Positions 1 to 8,677 of a DNA stretch of 64,000 nucleotides are shown here, in pieces. The position numbers and the translations under genes are program-made. Source of the stretch: Candidatus Latescibacterota bacterium (GTDB taxonomy: Bacteria > Latescibacterota > UBA2968). How positions within the stretch are numbered: the first letter of the stretch is position 1; the number at the start of each line of letters is the position of its first letter. The DNA lies in NCBI GenBank assembly GCA_965198115.1, contig OZ240241.1:3808001-3872000 (forward strand). Direction: 5' to 3'. A model generated the notes under the pieces. The model saw only the letters and a program-made list of their open reading frames with translations, made no database searches and was not told the DNA's origin.

Positions 1-164
1 GTTCGACCTCGACCCTGCGTGGAAATGACGCGTCAATATAGCTGGCCCCCAACGACGGATCAACGCCATTCACCCTGATTGACCCGGTCAGATGCGCCTC
101 TTACATTTTCGCAAGATGGCCGTTTGTGTAGGCATTTCACTTCATCAGAGAGGGAGCGCTTGCG

Positions 165-533
165 ATGTTCGGGGAGAGAGAACGGGCGATCAAGAATCTC
201 GTGATCGACGCACTCGGTGGCCCGGAATCCTATCGGCGTGCACGTCAACAGACGGACGACATCGATGAGGCCTATGTACAGATCGAAACCAGACGGTCGG
301 CGGTCGTGATTCGCCGTCTGGCTATATTCATCGTGCTTTATGTTCTGATTGTGCTGACGGCGGTCGTGGTCGTCCGGGCTCAGACAGGACGTCTGGACGT
401 GATTCTGTGGGTCGTCGTGGGAACGTTCAATGCGGGGAGTGCGGGTGTCTATTACGCCCAGTTCCAGAAGCGTCGGATGGCGCTCCAGATATTGACCTTG
501 CTCCGGGGTGAGAGTCAGGAGGTCGTGTCGTGA
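165..533 (+). CDS. Hypothetical membrane protein (2 predicted TM helices)
   Basis: 122-aa ORF, GAGGGAG RBS upstream, two hydrophobic stretches; stop overlaps next start (GTGA). Confidence 0.7.
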   Translation: MFGERERAIKNLVIDALGGPESYRRARQQTDDIDEAYVQIETRRSAVVIRRLAIFIVLYVLIVLTAVVVVRAQTGRLDVILWVVVGTFNAGSAGVYYAQFQKRRMALQILTLLRGESQEVVS

Positions 534-877
534 TGACGCTATTCTGGGGCCAGGTCGCGATGGGAACGTATGGCGCGCTGCTCATCCTGGGAGGACTGAT
601 GGGCTATGTGAAGGGGGGGAGCAAGGTGTCTCTTTTCGCGGGTGCGATTGCGGGTGGGTTGTGTGTGGAAGCGACGTGGCTGAGCGTGGAACAGCCGGGC
701 AACGGACTGACGCTCGGGGCCCTGATCGCCTTTCTGCTCGCTGGCGTGTTCATCAACCGATTTGCTAAAACGCGGAAGCTCGTGCCCGCGGGTGTGATTC
801 TTATCCTGAGTCTGGCTGTGGGCGCCTTGCTGATGACGATTCTTCAGAATCTTGGATTCTCACCGACCGAAGGGTGA
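530..877 (+). CDS. TMEM14 family small membrane protein
   Basis: Motif YGALLILGGLMGYVKGGSKVSLFAG typical of TMEM14; about 4 TM helices. Confidence 0.85.
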   Translation: MMTLFWGQVAMGTYGALLILGGLMGYVKGGSKVSLFAGAIAGGLCVEATWLSVEQPGNGLTLGALIAFLLAGVFINRFAKTRKLVPAGVILILSLAVGALLMTILQNLGFSPTEG

Positions 878-945
878 TACGCAGACGGTGCTCCTGGGGA
901 ACAATGGGACCACCCCCTCCGTCCTTTGAGGCCTCGCCCCTACTG

Positions 946-978
946 TCAGGCGAGCGTACCTCCAAAGTTCGCTTGCAT
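946..978 (-). CDS. Putative 10-aa small ORF MQANFGGTLA
   Basis: Strong SD GAAAGGAGG 6 nt before ATG at 978; below the ORF-track size cutoff; no homology support. Confidence 0.3.
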   Translation of the reverse strand: MQANFGGTLA

Positions 979-1103
979 CGTGAACCTCCTTTCGGATGTG
1001 GCCCGGTGCGACCGGTCGGCACCGTTTGAGCGGCCAGCGTGAAGCCGATCGGGATCAGCTGCCGGGCGTTTGTCCCGGCAACTTTACCCTGAGGCGGATG
1101 CAC

Positions 1104-1508
1104 TCAGATCGCTGTTGGTGACAGACCGGTCGGCGTGACCCCGTGATCGCGACAGAGGTTCCGAATTTTCTTGATGGCACCGCCAACGTGTTTACCGTTG
1201 CGCCGGATGCCGAAAAGGTGTTGACTGACCACGCGACGGGACATTCCCAAAATGTCCGCGATTTCCTGCTGGGTCTTGCCGTGCTGGAAGTAGAGCAAAA
1301 ACGCTTCGCGCTGCTTCCTGGTCAACGTACCGAGCAGGTTGCGATTCACGTAGCGGCTGAGCGCGAGGTGTCGTTCTTCGAGCTCGTACCGGGATTGCCT
1401 GTCGTCGAGGGATTCGAACCAGAGCCCTCGCTCTTCTGAGATTCTCTCCAAATCCCCGTGGTCGACTCTCACTTCCCAAAAATCAGGGTTATACATAGAT
1501 CGATACAT
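1104..1508 (-). CDS. Sigma-70 region 4-like HTH protein lacking region 2
   Basis: LTRKQREAFLLYFQHGKTQQEIADILGMSRRVVSQH HTH; start uncertain (ATG at 1529, 1508 or 1496; GGAGG at 1510-1514). Confidence 0.75.
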   Translation of the reverse strand: MYRSMYNPDFWEVRVDHGDLERISEERGLWFESLDDRQSRYELEERHLALSRYVNRNLLGTLTRKQREAFLLYFQHGKTQQEIADILGMSRRVVSQHLFGIRRNGKHVGGAIKKIRNLCRDHGVTPTGLSPTAI

Positions 1509-1529
1509 TCCTCCGGTGGTGGATGGCAT

Positions 1530-1561
1530 AAAAGAACGCCACGAGCGAATGTGCTCGTGGC
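1530..1561 (-). terminator. Intrinsic terminator-like hairpin in the leader of the sigma4-like gene
   Basis: Minus strand GCCACGAGC-ACATTC-GCTCGTGGC followed by GTTCTTTT. Confidence 0.65.
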
Positions 1562-1632
1562 ACCGGAGGGCGGGCATCGATTGGACACCGACCGCGTTGT
1601 GCGCGATGGGAAAGGCTACTAATGGACGGCGA

Positions 1633-1707
1633 TCAGGCCGTTCGACGCGCCCTTCGGGAGGCAAGCAGCGTTCGCATTTCGATTGTGCTCCTGACGAGAA
1701 ACAGCAT
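1633..1707 (-). CDS. Putative 24-aa small ORF or leader peptide MLFLVRSTIEMRTLLASRRARRTA
   Basis: Strong SD GAAAGGAGG 6 nt before ATG at 1707; same SD context as the 10-aa ORF. Confidence 0.35.
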   Translation of the reverse strand: MLFLVRSTIEMRTLLASRRARRTA

Positions 1708-1772
1708 CTGACGCCTCCTTTCGGTGTCGGTATGGACTGAACGATGAAAACTTAGTCGTGCTTTTACCCTTA

Positions 1773-3035
1773 GTGCATGGTTTCATAAATATTATTACGT
1801 ATGTTCTGAACATTATTTGTAGCTTATGTTCTCCTTCAAAAGGAGGAGAACAATGCCAAGACGTTCGCCTTATGTGGTGCTACTGTCTGAGAAGGAACGG
1901 GTCGACCTCGAGCGAATGGCTGGACAATATACGTTACCGTATTATCAAGTGATCCGATCGAAAATCGTGCTTCTCGCCGCCGAGGGATTATCCAACAAGA
2001 TTATCGCCCAACGGTTGGATGTCCCGCGTCCGATCGTAAGCAAATGGCGTAAGCGCTTTTTCGAAGAGCGTCTTTCGGGACTCGAAGATAGATCTCGTCC
2101 CGGGCGCCCGCCCGGTTTTCCCCCCCTCAGGTGGTCGTTCAGATCAAGGCGCTGGCGTGTGAACTACCGAGCGAGAGCGGGATACCGCTCTCGCGGTTCA
2201 GCTGTTCCGAGATTGCCGCCGAGGCAGTGCAAAGGGGCTTCGTTGCCAAGATCAGCGGCGCCACTGTCTGGCGCTGGTTGAACGAGGACGCGATTCGTCC
2301 TTGGTATCATCGCTCCTGGATTTTCCCACGGGACCCGGACTTCCAAACCAAAGCAGGTAGAGTCCTTGATCTGTATCACCGCCAATGGCAAGGAAAGCCT
2401 TTAGGGCCGAGGGAATATGTACTTTCTGCCGACGAAAAGACCAGTATTCAAGCACGAGCTCGCAAGCACGTTACCCTACCGCCAGCCTCGAACAGAGCGG
2501 CACGCGTTGAAACACGAATACGAGCGGAAAGGAGCCCTGGCCTATCTGGCTGCTCTCGACGTGCACAATGGTCGAATCTTCGGTCTCTGTGAGTCTTCTT
2601 CGGGTATCGAGCCCTTCAACCGGCTCCTGAGCCTGATCATGAGCCGGAAACCCTATTGCTCGGCAAAGAAAGTCTACCTCATCGTGGATAATGGCTCCTC
2701 GCACCGAGGGCAAACATGCATCGACCGTATCCAGGGGAAGTGGCCAAACATCCACCCCGTTCACCTTCCGATCCACGCAAGCTGGCTCAATCAGATCGAG
2801 ATCTACTTCTCGATCCTCAAACGCAAGGCTCTGACACCTATCGAATTTGCATCGCTCGAAGAGCTTGAGGCAAGAATCCTCGGTTTTCAGGAACGCTACG
2901 GACGTATCGCCACACCCTTCAAATGGAAGTTCACACGAACAGATCTCGCGGAGATGATCGACAAACTCAGGTTCTACGATACGCCCTTGGCAAAGTCTGC
3001 TTAGAATACGTAACCGTATTTGAGAACAGGAGTAC
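1773..3035 (+). mobile_element. IS630-family insertion sequence, copy 1 (1263 bp)
   Basis: Near-identical to 7416-8677; flanked by TA/TA; imperfect terminal IRs (GTGCATGGTTTCATAAATA / GTACTCCTGTTCTCAAATA); HTH plus DDE ORFs. Confidence 0.93.
1853..3004 (+). pseudogene. IS630 transposase split over three ORFs (slippage site at 2116-2126, extra A at 2510-2512)
   Basis: HTH in 1826-2281; SADEK in 2131-2592; VDNGSSH and NQIEIYF in 2417-3004. Confidence 0.85.
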
Positions 3036-3233
3036 TAAGTCAAGACAGGGTATTTCAGCTTTACACGTCTGCGGATGCACTTTTTTCGCATCCATCGGTA
3101 GAAACGGCCAATAATTTCGCAGAATGGCACAGAATCCTCCCAATTTCGACGTGTCCAGGTCTTGTTTGAGATGTCCGATCGAACACCGAACCCTATTTCC
3201 GATCAAAATTGTTCCGCTGACTAACCCACATCC

Positions 3234-4628
3234 GTGGAGGATGCGTTGCACGAAGCCCGCCTGACGCACGGCAGCGTTCCAAGGACGATGGCCAAACTGA
3301 GTGTGCCCATGATGGGGGGTATTTTCTCGGCCATCGCGTTCAATCTGGCGGATACGTATTTCGTGGCTGAACTAGGAACGTTTGAACTTGCAGCGATGAG
3401 TTTCACCTTTCCAGTGGTGATGGTGCTGGTGGGTGTCGCCTGGGGGTTGGGATCGGGGATGACCGCCTCCGTTTCCCGTGCGATCGGTGAGGGGGATGAG
3501 ACTCGCGTCGTTCGGTTGTCGAGTGATGGGCTGATGCTGGGGTTCGTTTCCGTTCTCGTGCTCGCGTCGATCGGGATGGTGACGATCGAACCCCTGTTCT
3601 TCGCTCTCGGGGCGAGCGAAGACCTCATCCCGCTGATCGCCGACTACATGTTCATCTGGTATCCGGGGATGGTCTTTCTGGTAATACCGATGGTTGCGAA
3701 CGCCACGATCAGGGCGACGGGGGATACGAAGACCCCAGCGTTGATCATCATCGGCGCGACGGGCTTTAACGTGGTGTTGGATCCAATCCTGATCTTCGGT
3801 TGGTTCGGAGTGCCCGCGCTCGGGCTGCGAGGAGCGGCGCTCGCAACCGTGATCGCGCGTGGCACGACGATGATCGCGACGATCCTCGTGCTTCGCTCCC
3901 GCGAGAGACTACTCGACCTCCGGCCGCCGGGGTTGCGCGATGTCTGGGAGTCGTGGAAGACGATTGGGCAGGTGGCCGTTCCGGCGACGGCGACGAATCT
4001 GTTTTCTCCGATGGCGAGTGCGGTGATCACGCGGATGATTGCCGGCTACGGGGCTCCCGCCGTCGCGGCGTGGGGGGCGGGCTCCCGTATTTCGGCTTTC
4101 GTGCTGATCCCTGTCTTAGGGTACTGTTCCGGACTGGCACCCTTCGTGGGTCAGAATTGGGGTGCCGGGCTGCTCGACCGTGTCAGAATGGCGCGAAATA
4201 TCGGTTACGCTTCGAGCCTGGTGTGGGGAGGACTGGCCGTGCTCGGCCTCAGAGTCTTCGGGGAGGCGATTGCAGTTCTTTTCAGCGAAGATCAGGCTGT
4301 CGTCAGAGAGATCGCCCACTACCTGTCGATCATTCCAATTGGGTATGCGATGGTGGGTACGATGAGCGTGACAGAGGAAACTTTAAACTCCGTTGGACGT
4401 CCCATCCTGGCGTCGATTCAGACGCTCATCTACAGTTTCGCTTTCGCGATTCCCCTGGCGCTCCTGGGCGGCGCACACTATGGGCTGACTGGCATGTTTT
4501 TCGGATTGGCTCTTGCTGACTGGGGCGGCGGTGTCTTTGGCATCGCGACGACTGCGTGGTCGTGTCGGGCGTGCTTCTTGTCGAGACCGATCGAGGAAAC
4601 CCACCGGACGGGCCTGGCGACGTCCTAG
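3234..4628 (+). CDS. MATE family efflux transporter
   Basis: About 12 TM helices; FNLADTYFV, ATGDTKTP, NVVLDPILIFG and GLRGAALAT motifs. Confidence 0.93.
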   Translation: MEDALHEARLTHGSVPRTMAKLSVPMMGGIFSAIAFNLADTYFVAELGTFELAAMSFTFPVVMVLVGVAWGLGSGMTASVSRAIGEGDETRVVRLSSDGLMLGFVSVLVLASIGMVTIEPLFFALGASEDLIPLIADYMFIWYPGMVFLVIPMVANATIRATGDTKTPALIIIGATGFNVVLDPILIFGWFGVPALGLRGAALATVIARGTTMIATILVLRSRERLLDLRPPGLRDVWESWKTIGQVAVPATATNLFSPMASAVITRMIAGYGAPAVAAWGAGSRISAFVLIPVLGYCSGLAPFVGQNWGAGLLDRVRMARNIGYASSLVWGGLAVLGLRVFGEAIAVLFSEDQAVVREIAHYLSIIPIGYAMVGTMSVTEETLNSVGRPILASIQTLIYSFAFAIPLALLGGAHYGLTGMFFGLALADWGGGVFGIATTAWSCRACFLSRPIEETHRTGLATS

Positions 4629-4722
4629 TCCTTACGAAATGGAAATAAAGAGGCGACAGGTCGAAACGGCCCGTCGCCTTTTCCGGTTCTGGCGGGAATT
4701 GGGAGTGATGAACGGACTGTGG

Positions 4723-5613
4723 CTATCTGGTTGCTTCACCGAGTTCCGCTTCCGGCTTGTTCCTATATGGGCGGACCGCTACTGCGATACCGACCAGGAT
4801 GATGGCACCACCGGGATAGATGAGGGTCGGTGGGAGCTCGTCGAGGATCACGTAGGCCATCGCGGTAGAGAGCACGGGCTCGGCGAGCAGGACGAGGGCA
4901 ATGACAGAGGGGCTGACGTGTCGGAGGGCATAGTTGAATGTGCTGTGGCCGATCAGCTGAGGGCCTACGGCAAGGGCAAGGAAGAACACATACGTCATCG
5001 TTGGGTAGCCCGAGAAGCTGTGGCCTTCGATCGCGCACCAAACGATGAGGACGACGGCGGCCAGTGCGTTCACCGGGGCGATGTAGGGGAGCAATGACAC
5101 CTTGGCTCGAGCCCGACGGCCGATGAGAAGGTGACCCGACATAGCGGCGGCACCGGCCAGCGCGAGAAGGTCTCCGTAGAGTGCGCGTTCACCAGCGCCG
5201 TGGTCACCGACGGTGACGATGACGGTTCCGACGAGGGCGATGAGGGTGCCGGTCACGAGGCGTGAGCCAATGCGTTCCTTGAGGAGGAGCCAGGCGCCGA
5301 AGCCGACGAAGATCGGGTTCGTCGTCACGAGCAATCCCGAGCTGGCGACCGATGTGTGAGCGAGTGAGGTGATCCAGAATGCGAAATGTAAGGCGAGGCA
5401 AAGGCCGCTGCCGACGAGCGGTGGGGCCTGGTTGACCACGAGCGTCCGGAGCTGTTGGGGGTCTCGCGCGGCGGCGAGCGGGACGAGAACGAGGCTGCCG
5501 ATACCCAGACGATACGCAGCGATGACGAGGGATGGGGCGTCGCAAAGACGGATCAGGATGGCGGCCGAGGAGGAGGCGCTTAATCCTACGAACAACAGGA
5601 CGAGAACGCTCAC
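4723..5613 (-). CDS. DMT/EamA family transporter
   Basis: 10 TM, duplicated EamA pattern, LLKERIG and LAEPVLS motifs. Confidence 0.9.
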   Translation of the reverse strand: MSVLVLLFVGLSASSSAAILIRLCDAPSLVIAAYRLGIGSLVLVPLAAARDPQQLRTLVVNQAPPLVGSGLCLALHFAFWITSLAHTSVASSGLLVTTNPIFVGFGAWLLLKERIGSRLVTGTLIALVGTVIVTVGDHGAGERALYGDLLALAGAAAMSGHLLIGRRARAKVSLLPYIAPVNALAAVVLIVWCAIEGHSFSGYPTMTYVFFLALAVGPQLIGHSTFNYALRHVSPSVIALVLLAEPVLSTAMAYVILDELPPTLIYPGGAIILVGIAVAVRPYRNKPEAELGEATR

Positions 5614-6935
5614 TGCTCAGCCGATTGCCGCCGATGCGCTCTCAGGTCGCGCCAGTAGTCCATCAGGGCACGGATACTTTTTTCATAACCGCGGTCGGTC
5701 GGGTGGTAGTACTCTCGCCCGGCCAGATTTTCTGGAAGGTAGTCCTGGGGCGCGTAGCCATCCGGGTCGTCGTGATCGTACTCATAGCCTTTTCCATAGC
5801 CGAGGCCTTTCATCAAACCCGTTGGCGCATTTCTGATATGCAGGGGAACCGGAAGGTTCGGCTGAGTGCGAACGTCGTTCTGTGCTTCTCCGTAGGCCGT
5901 GCAAACGGCGTTGCTCTTGGGAGCGGTTGCCAGATACACGGCCGCCTGGGCAATGGCGAGATCGCCCTCGGGACTGCCCAGGAAGTCGTAGGATTCGCGG
6001 GCAGCCAGGGTGACGGACAGGGCGCGTGGGTCGGCATTGCCGATGTCTTCGGACGCGAATCGGATCATCCGGCGCAGAATGTAGTGCGGGTGTTCGCCCG
6101 ATTCCATCATTCTCGCAACCCAGTAGAGGGCGGCGTTAGGATCGCTGCCCCTCAGACTCTTGTGCAGGGCCGAGATAAGGTTGTAATGCTCTTCGCCGCT
6201 CTTGTCGTAGAGCAGGGATTTGGTGCCGAGGATGTCGGGGAGCGATTCTGCGGTGACGGCCGTGTTATCGCTGGCGGAAGCGGCGGCGGCCACCGTCTCG
6301 AGGGTGTTGAGTGCGCGGCGGGCGTCTCCCTCGGCGTTGTTGGCGATGACTGCGAGGGCATCGTCGTCGAACGTGAGGGTGTCGAGGCCGGTCTGCTCGT
6401 CGGTGATAGCGCGCGCAAGTACGTCTAGGATGACGTCGGTGTCGAGCGGGTTGAGCACGAATACGCGTGTCCGCGACAGGAGCGCGGCGTTGACTTCGAA
6501 GCTGGGGTTTTCGGTCGTTGCGCCAATCAGGGTTATCGTGCCTTTCTCGACGTGTGGGAGAAATGCGTCCTGTTGCGCCCGATTGAACCGATGGATCTCG
6601 TCGATGAATAGAATGGTGCGACGACCGAGTTTTTGCTCCTCGGCGGCCCGAGCGATGATTTCGCGCACTTCTTTGATGCCGGACGTGGCGGCGCTGAAGA
6701 AAACGAAGCGGCTGCGAGTCGTGTTGGCGATCACGCGGGCGAGCGTGGTCTTGCCAGAGCCCGGAGGGCCCCAGAAGATCATAGAGGGTGTCTGATCGGA
6801 TTCGATGAGCCGACGGAGGGGCGCATCCCGGCCGAGGAGATGGTCCTGGCCGAGTACGTCGTCGATCGTCTGCGGGCGCATTCGATCGGCGAGCGGGCCG
6901 TGGGTGGCTTCCTGTCGCTCGAAAAGATCGCTCAC
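5610..6935 (-). CDS. rarA: Replication-associated recombination protein A (RarA/MgsA AAA+ ATPase)
   Basis: PLADRMRP, Walker A GPPGSGKTT, FIDEIHRFN, GATTENPSF, HKSLRGSDP, ASEDIGNADP. Confidence 0.97.
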   Translation of the reverse strand: MSDLFERQEATHGPLADRMRPQTIDDVLGQDHLLGRDAPLRRLIESDQTPSMIFWGPPGSGKTTLARVIANTTRSRFVFFSAATSGIKEVREIIARAAEEQKLGRRTILFIDEIHRFNRAQQDAFLPHVEKGTITLIGATTENPSFEVNAALLSRTRVFVLNPLDTDVILDVLARAITDEQTGLDTLTFDDDALAVIANNAEGDARRALNTLETVAAAASASDNTAVTAESLPDILGTKSLLYDKSGEEHYNLISALHKSLRGSDPNAALYWVARMMESGEHPHYILRRMIRFASEDIGNADPRALSVTLAARESYDFLGSPEGDLAIAQAAVYLATAPKSNAVCTAYGEAQNDVRTQPNLPVPLHIRNAPTGLMKGLGYGKGYEYDHDDPDGYAPQDYLPENLAGREYYHPTDRGYEKSIRALMDYWRDLRAHRRQSAEQ

Positions 6936-7357
6936 CGCGGCCGGTCTCCCGGGGATGGGGGCCCCTTGTCGTCTTCAGAGTCGCCCGGGGAGCCGAAGTC
7001 GAAGCCGGCCGCACCCCAGTCGATCCCACGATCTCCCAATCGCTCCGGATCGATCTTCGATGGTAGGTCGTCCTTGACCTGATCCAGAATCGCTGCCGCC
7101 GAATCAGGCGGCGCCGGCGGAGAGAAATGCGTCGCGTCCGGTGATTCGTCGACCGTTGCGCCGGAACTCAGGTTCTCTAGGAGGGCGTTGACCTCTTCCA
7201 GAATCGTCATTCGCTCGTCGACGGAAACCCGGGACATTTTGCGCATCTCTGCGATGATGACGAGCATTTCGTCAGGCCCGAGTTTGTCCAGGATGCGTTG
7301 AGCGTGGGTCGGACCCAGAGCGATCAACAGGACGGCGACCTTCCTGATCTCATCCAT
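6932..7357 (-). CDS. Stand-alone FliG N-terminal-domain-like protein
   Basis: RKVAVLLIALGPTHAQRILDKLGPDEMLVIIAEMRKM resembles FliG_N (KAAILLxxLG...); acidic/Pro tail; no FliG M or C domains. Confidence 0.65.
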   Translation of the reverse strand: MDEIRKVAVLLIALGPTHAQRILDKLGPDEMLVIIAEMRKMSRVSVDERMTILEEVNALLENLSSGATVDESPDATHFSPPAPPDSAAAILDQVKDDLPSKIDPERLGDRGIDWGAAGFDFGSPGDSEDDKGPPSPGDRPR

Positions 7358-7415
7358 TAGCGCTGACTCTCGAGACGACCTCGCCGACCTGTCGATTTAG
7401 CTCCGGTTGCTCTAA

Positions 7416-8677
7416 GTGCATGGTTTCATAAACATTATTACGTATGTTCTGAACATTATTTGTAGCTTATGTTCTCCTTCAAAAGGAGGAGAACAATGCC
7501 AAGACGTTCGCCTTATGTGGTGCTACTGTCTGAGAAGGAACGGGTCGACCTCGAGCGAATGGCTGGACAATATACGTTACCGTATTATCAAGTGATCCGA
7601 TCGAAAATCGTGCTTCTCGCCGCCGAGGGATTATCCAACAAGATTATCGCCCAACGGTTGGATGTCCCGCGTCCGATCGTAAGCAAATGGCGTAAGCGCT
7701 TTTTCGAAGAGCGTCTTTCGGGACTCGAAGATAGATCTCGTCCCGGGCGCCCGCCCGGTTTTCCCCCCTCAGGTGGTCGTTCAGATCAAGGCGCTGGCGT
7801 GTGAACTACCGAGCGAGAGCGGGATACCGCTCTCGCGGTTCAGCTGTTCCGAGATTGCCGCCGAGGCAGTGCAAAGGGGCTTCGTTGCCAAGATCAGCGG
7901 CGCCACTGTCTGGCGCTGGTTGAACGAGGACGCGATTCGTCCTTGGTATCATCGCTCCTGGATTTTCCCACGGGACCCGGACTTCCAAACCAAAGCAGGT
8001 AGAGTCCTTGATCTGTATCACCGCCAATGGCAAGGAAAGCCTTTAGGGCCGAGGGAATATGTACTTTCTGCCGACGAAAAGACCAGTATTCAAGCACGAG
8101 CTCGCAAGCACGTTACCCTACCGCCAGCCTCGAACAGAGCGGCACGCGTTGAAACACGAATACGAGCGGAAAGGAGCCCTGGCCTATCTGGCTGCTCTCG
8201 ACGTGCACAATGGTCGAATCTTCGGTCTCTGTGAGTCTTCTTCGGGTATCGAGCCCTTCAACCGGCTCCTGAGCCTGATCATGAGCCGGAAACCCTATTG
8301 CTCGGCAAAGAAAGTCTACCTCATCGTGGATAATGGCTCCTCGCACCGAGGGCAAACATGCATCGACCGTATCCAGGGGAAGTGGCCAAACATCCACCCC
8401 GTTCACCTTCCGATCCACGCAAGCTGGCTCAATCAGATCGAGATCTACTTCTCGATCCTCAAACGCAAGGCTCTGACACCTATCGAATTTGCATCGCTCG
8501 AAGAGCTTGAGGCAAGAATCCTCGGTTTTCAGGAACGCTACGGACGTATCGCCACACCCTTCAAATGGAAGTTCACACGAACAGATCTCGCGGAGATGAT
8601 CGACAAACTCAGGTTCTACGATACGCCCTTGGCAAAGTCTGCTTAGAATACGTCACCGTATTTGAGAACAGGAGTAC
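7416..8677 (+). mobile_element. IS630-family insertion sequence, copy 2 (1262 bp)
   Basis: Differs from copy 1 by at least 2 SNPs and one C in the C-run; flanked by TAA/TAA; inserted in the 3' end of the glutaredoxin-like gene. Confidence 0.93.
7496..8646 (+). pseudogene. IS630 transposase split over three ORFs (copy 2)
   Basis: ORFs 7469-7804, 7773-8234 and 8059-8646 match copy 1. Confidence 0.85.

Noticed and set aside
880-1104. Known riboswitch or ribozyme (c-di-GMP, fluoride, guanidine, hammerhead, twister)
   Set aside because: Fragments such as GTAAA and CCGAAAGG are present, but order and core nucleotides do not fit the consensus models I recall; an Rfam scan is needed
3091-3120. Sigma28 promoter GAAA-N15-ACCGATGG on the minus strand upstream of the repeated unit
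   Set aside because: Four mismatches to TAAA-N15-GCCGATAA; too weak without TSS data
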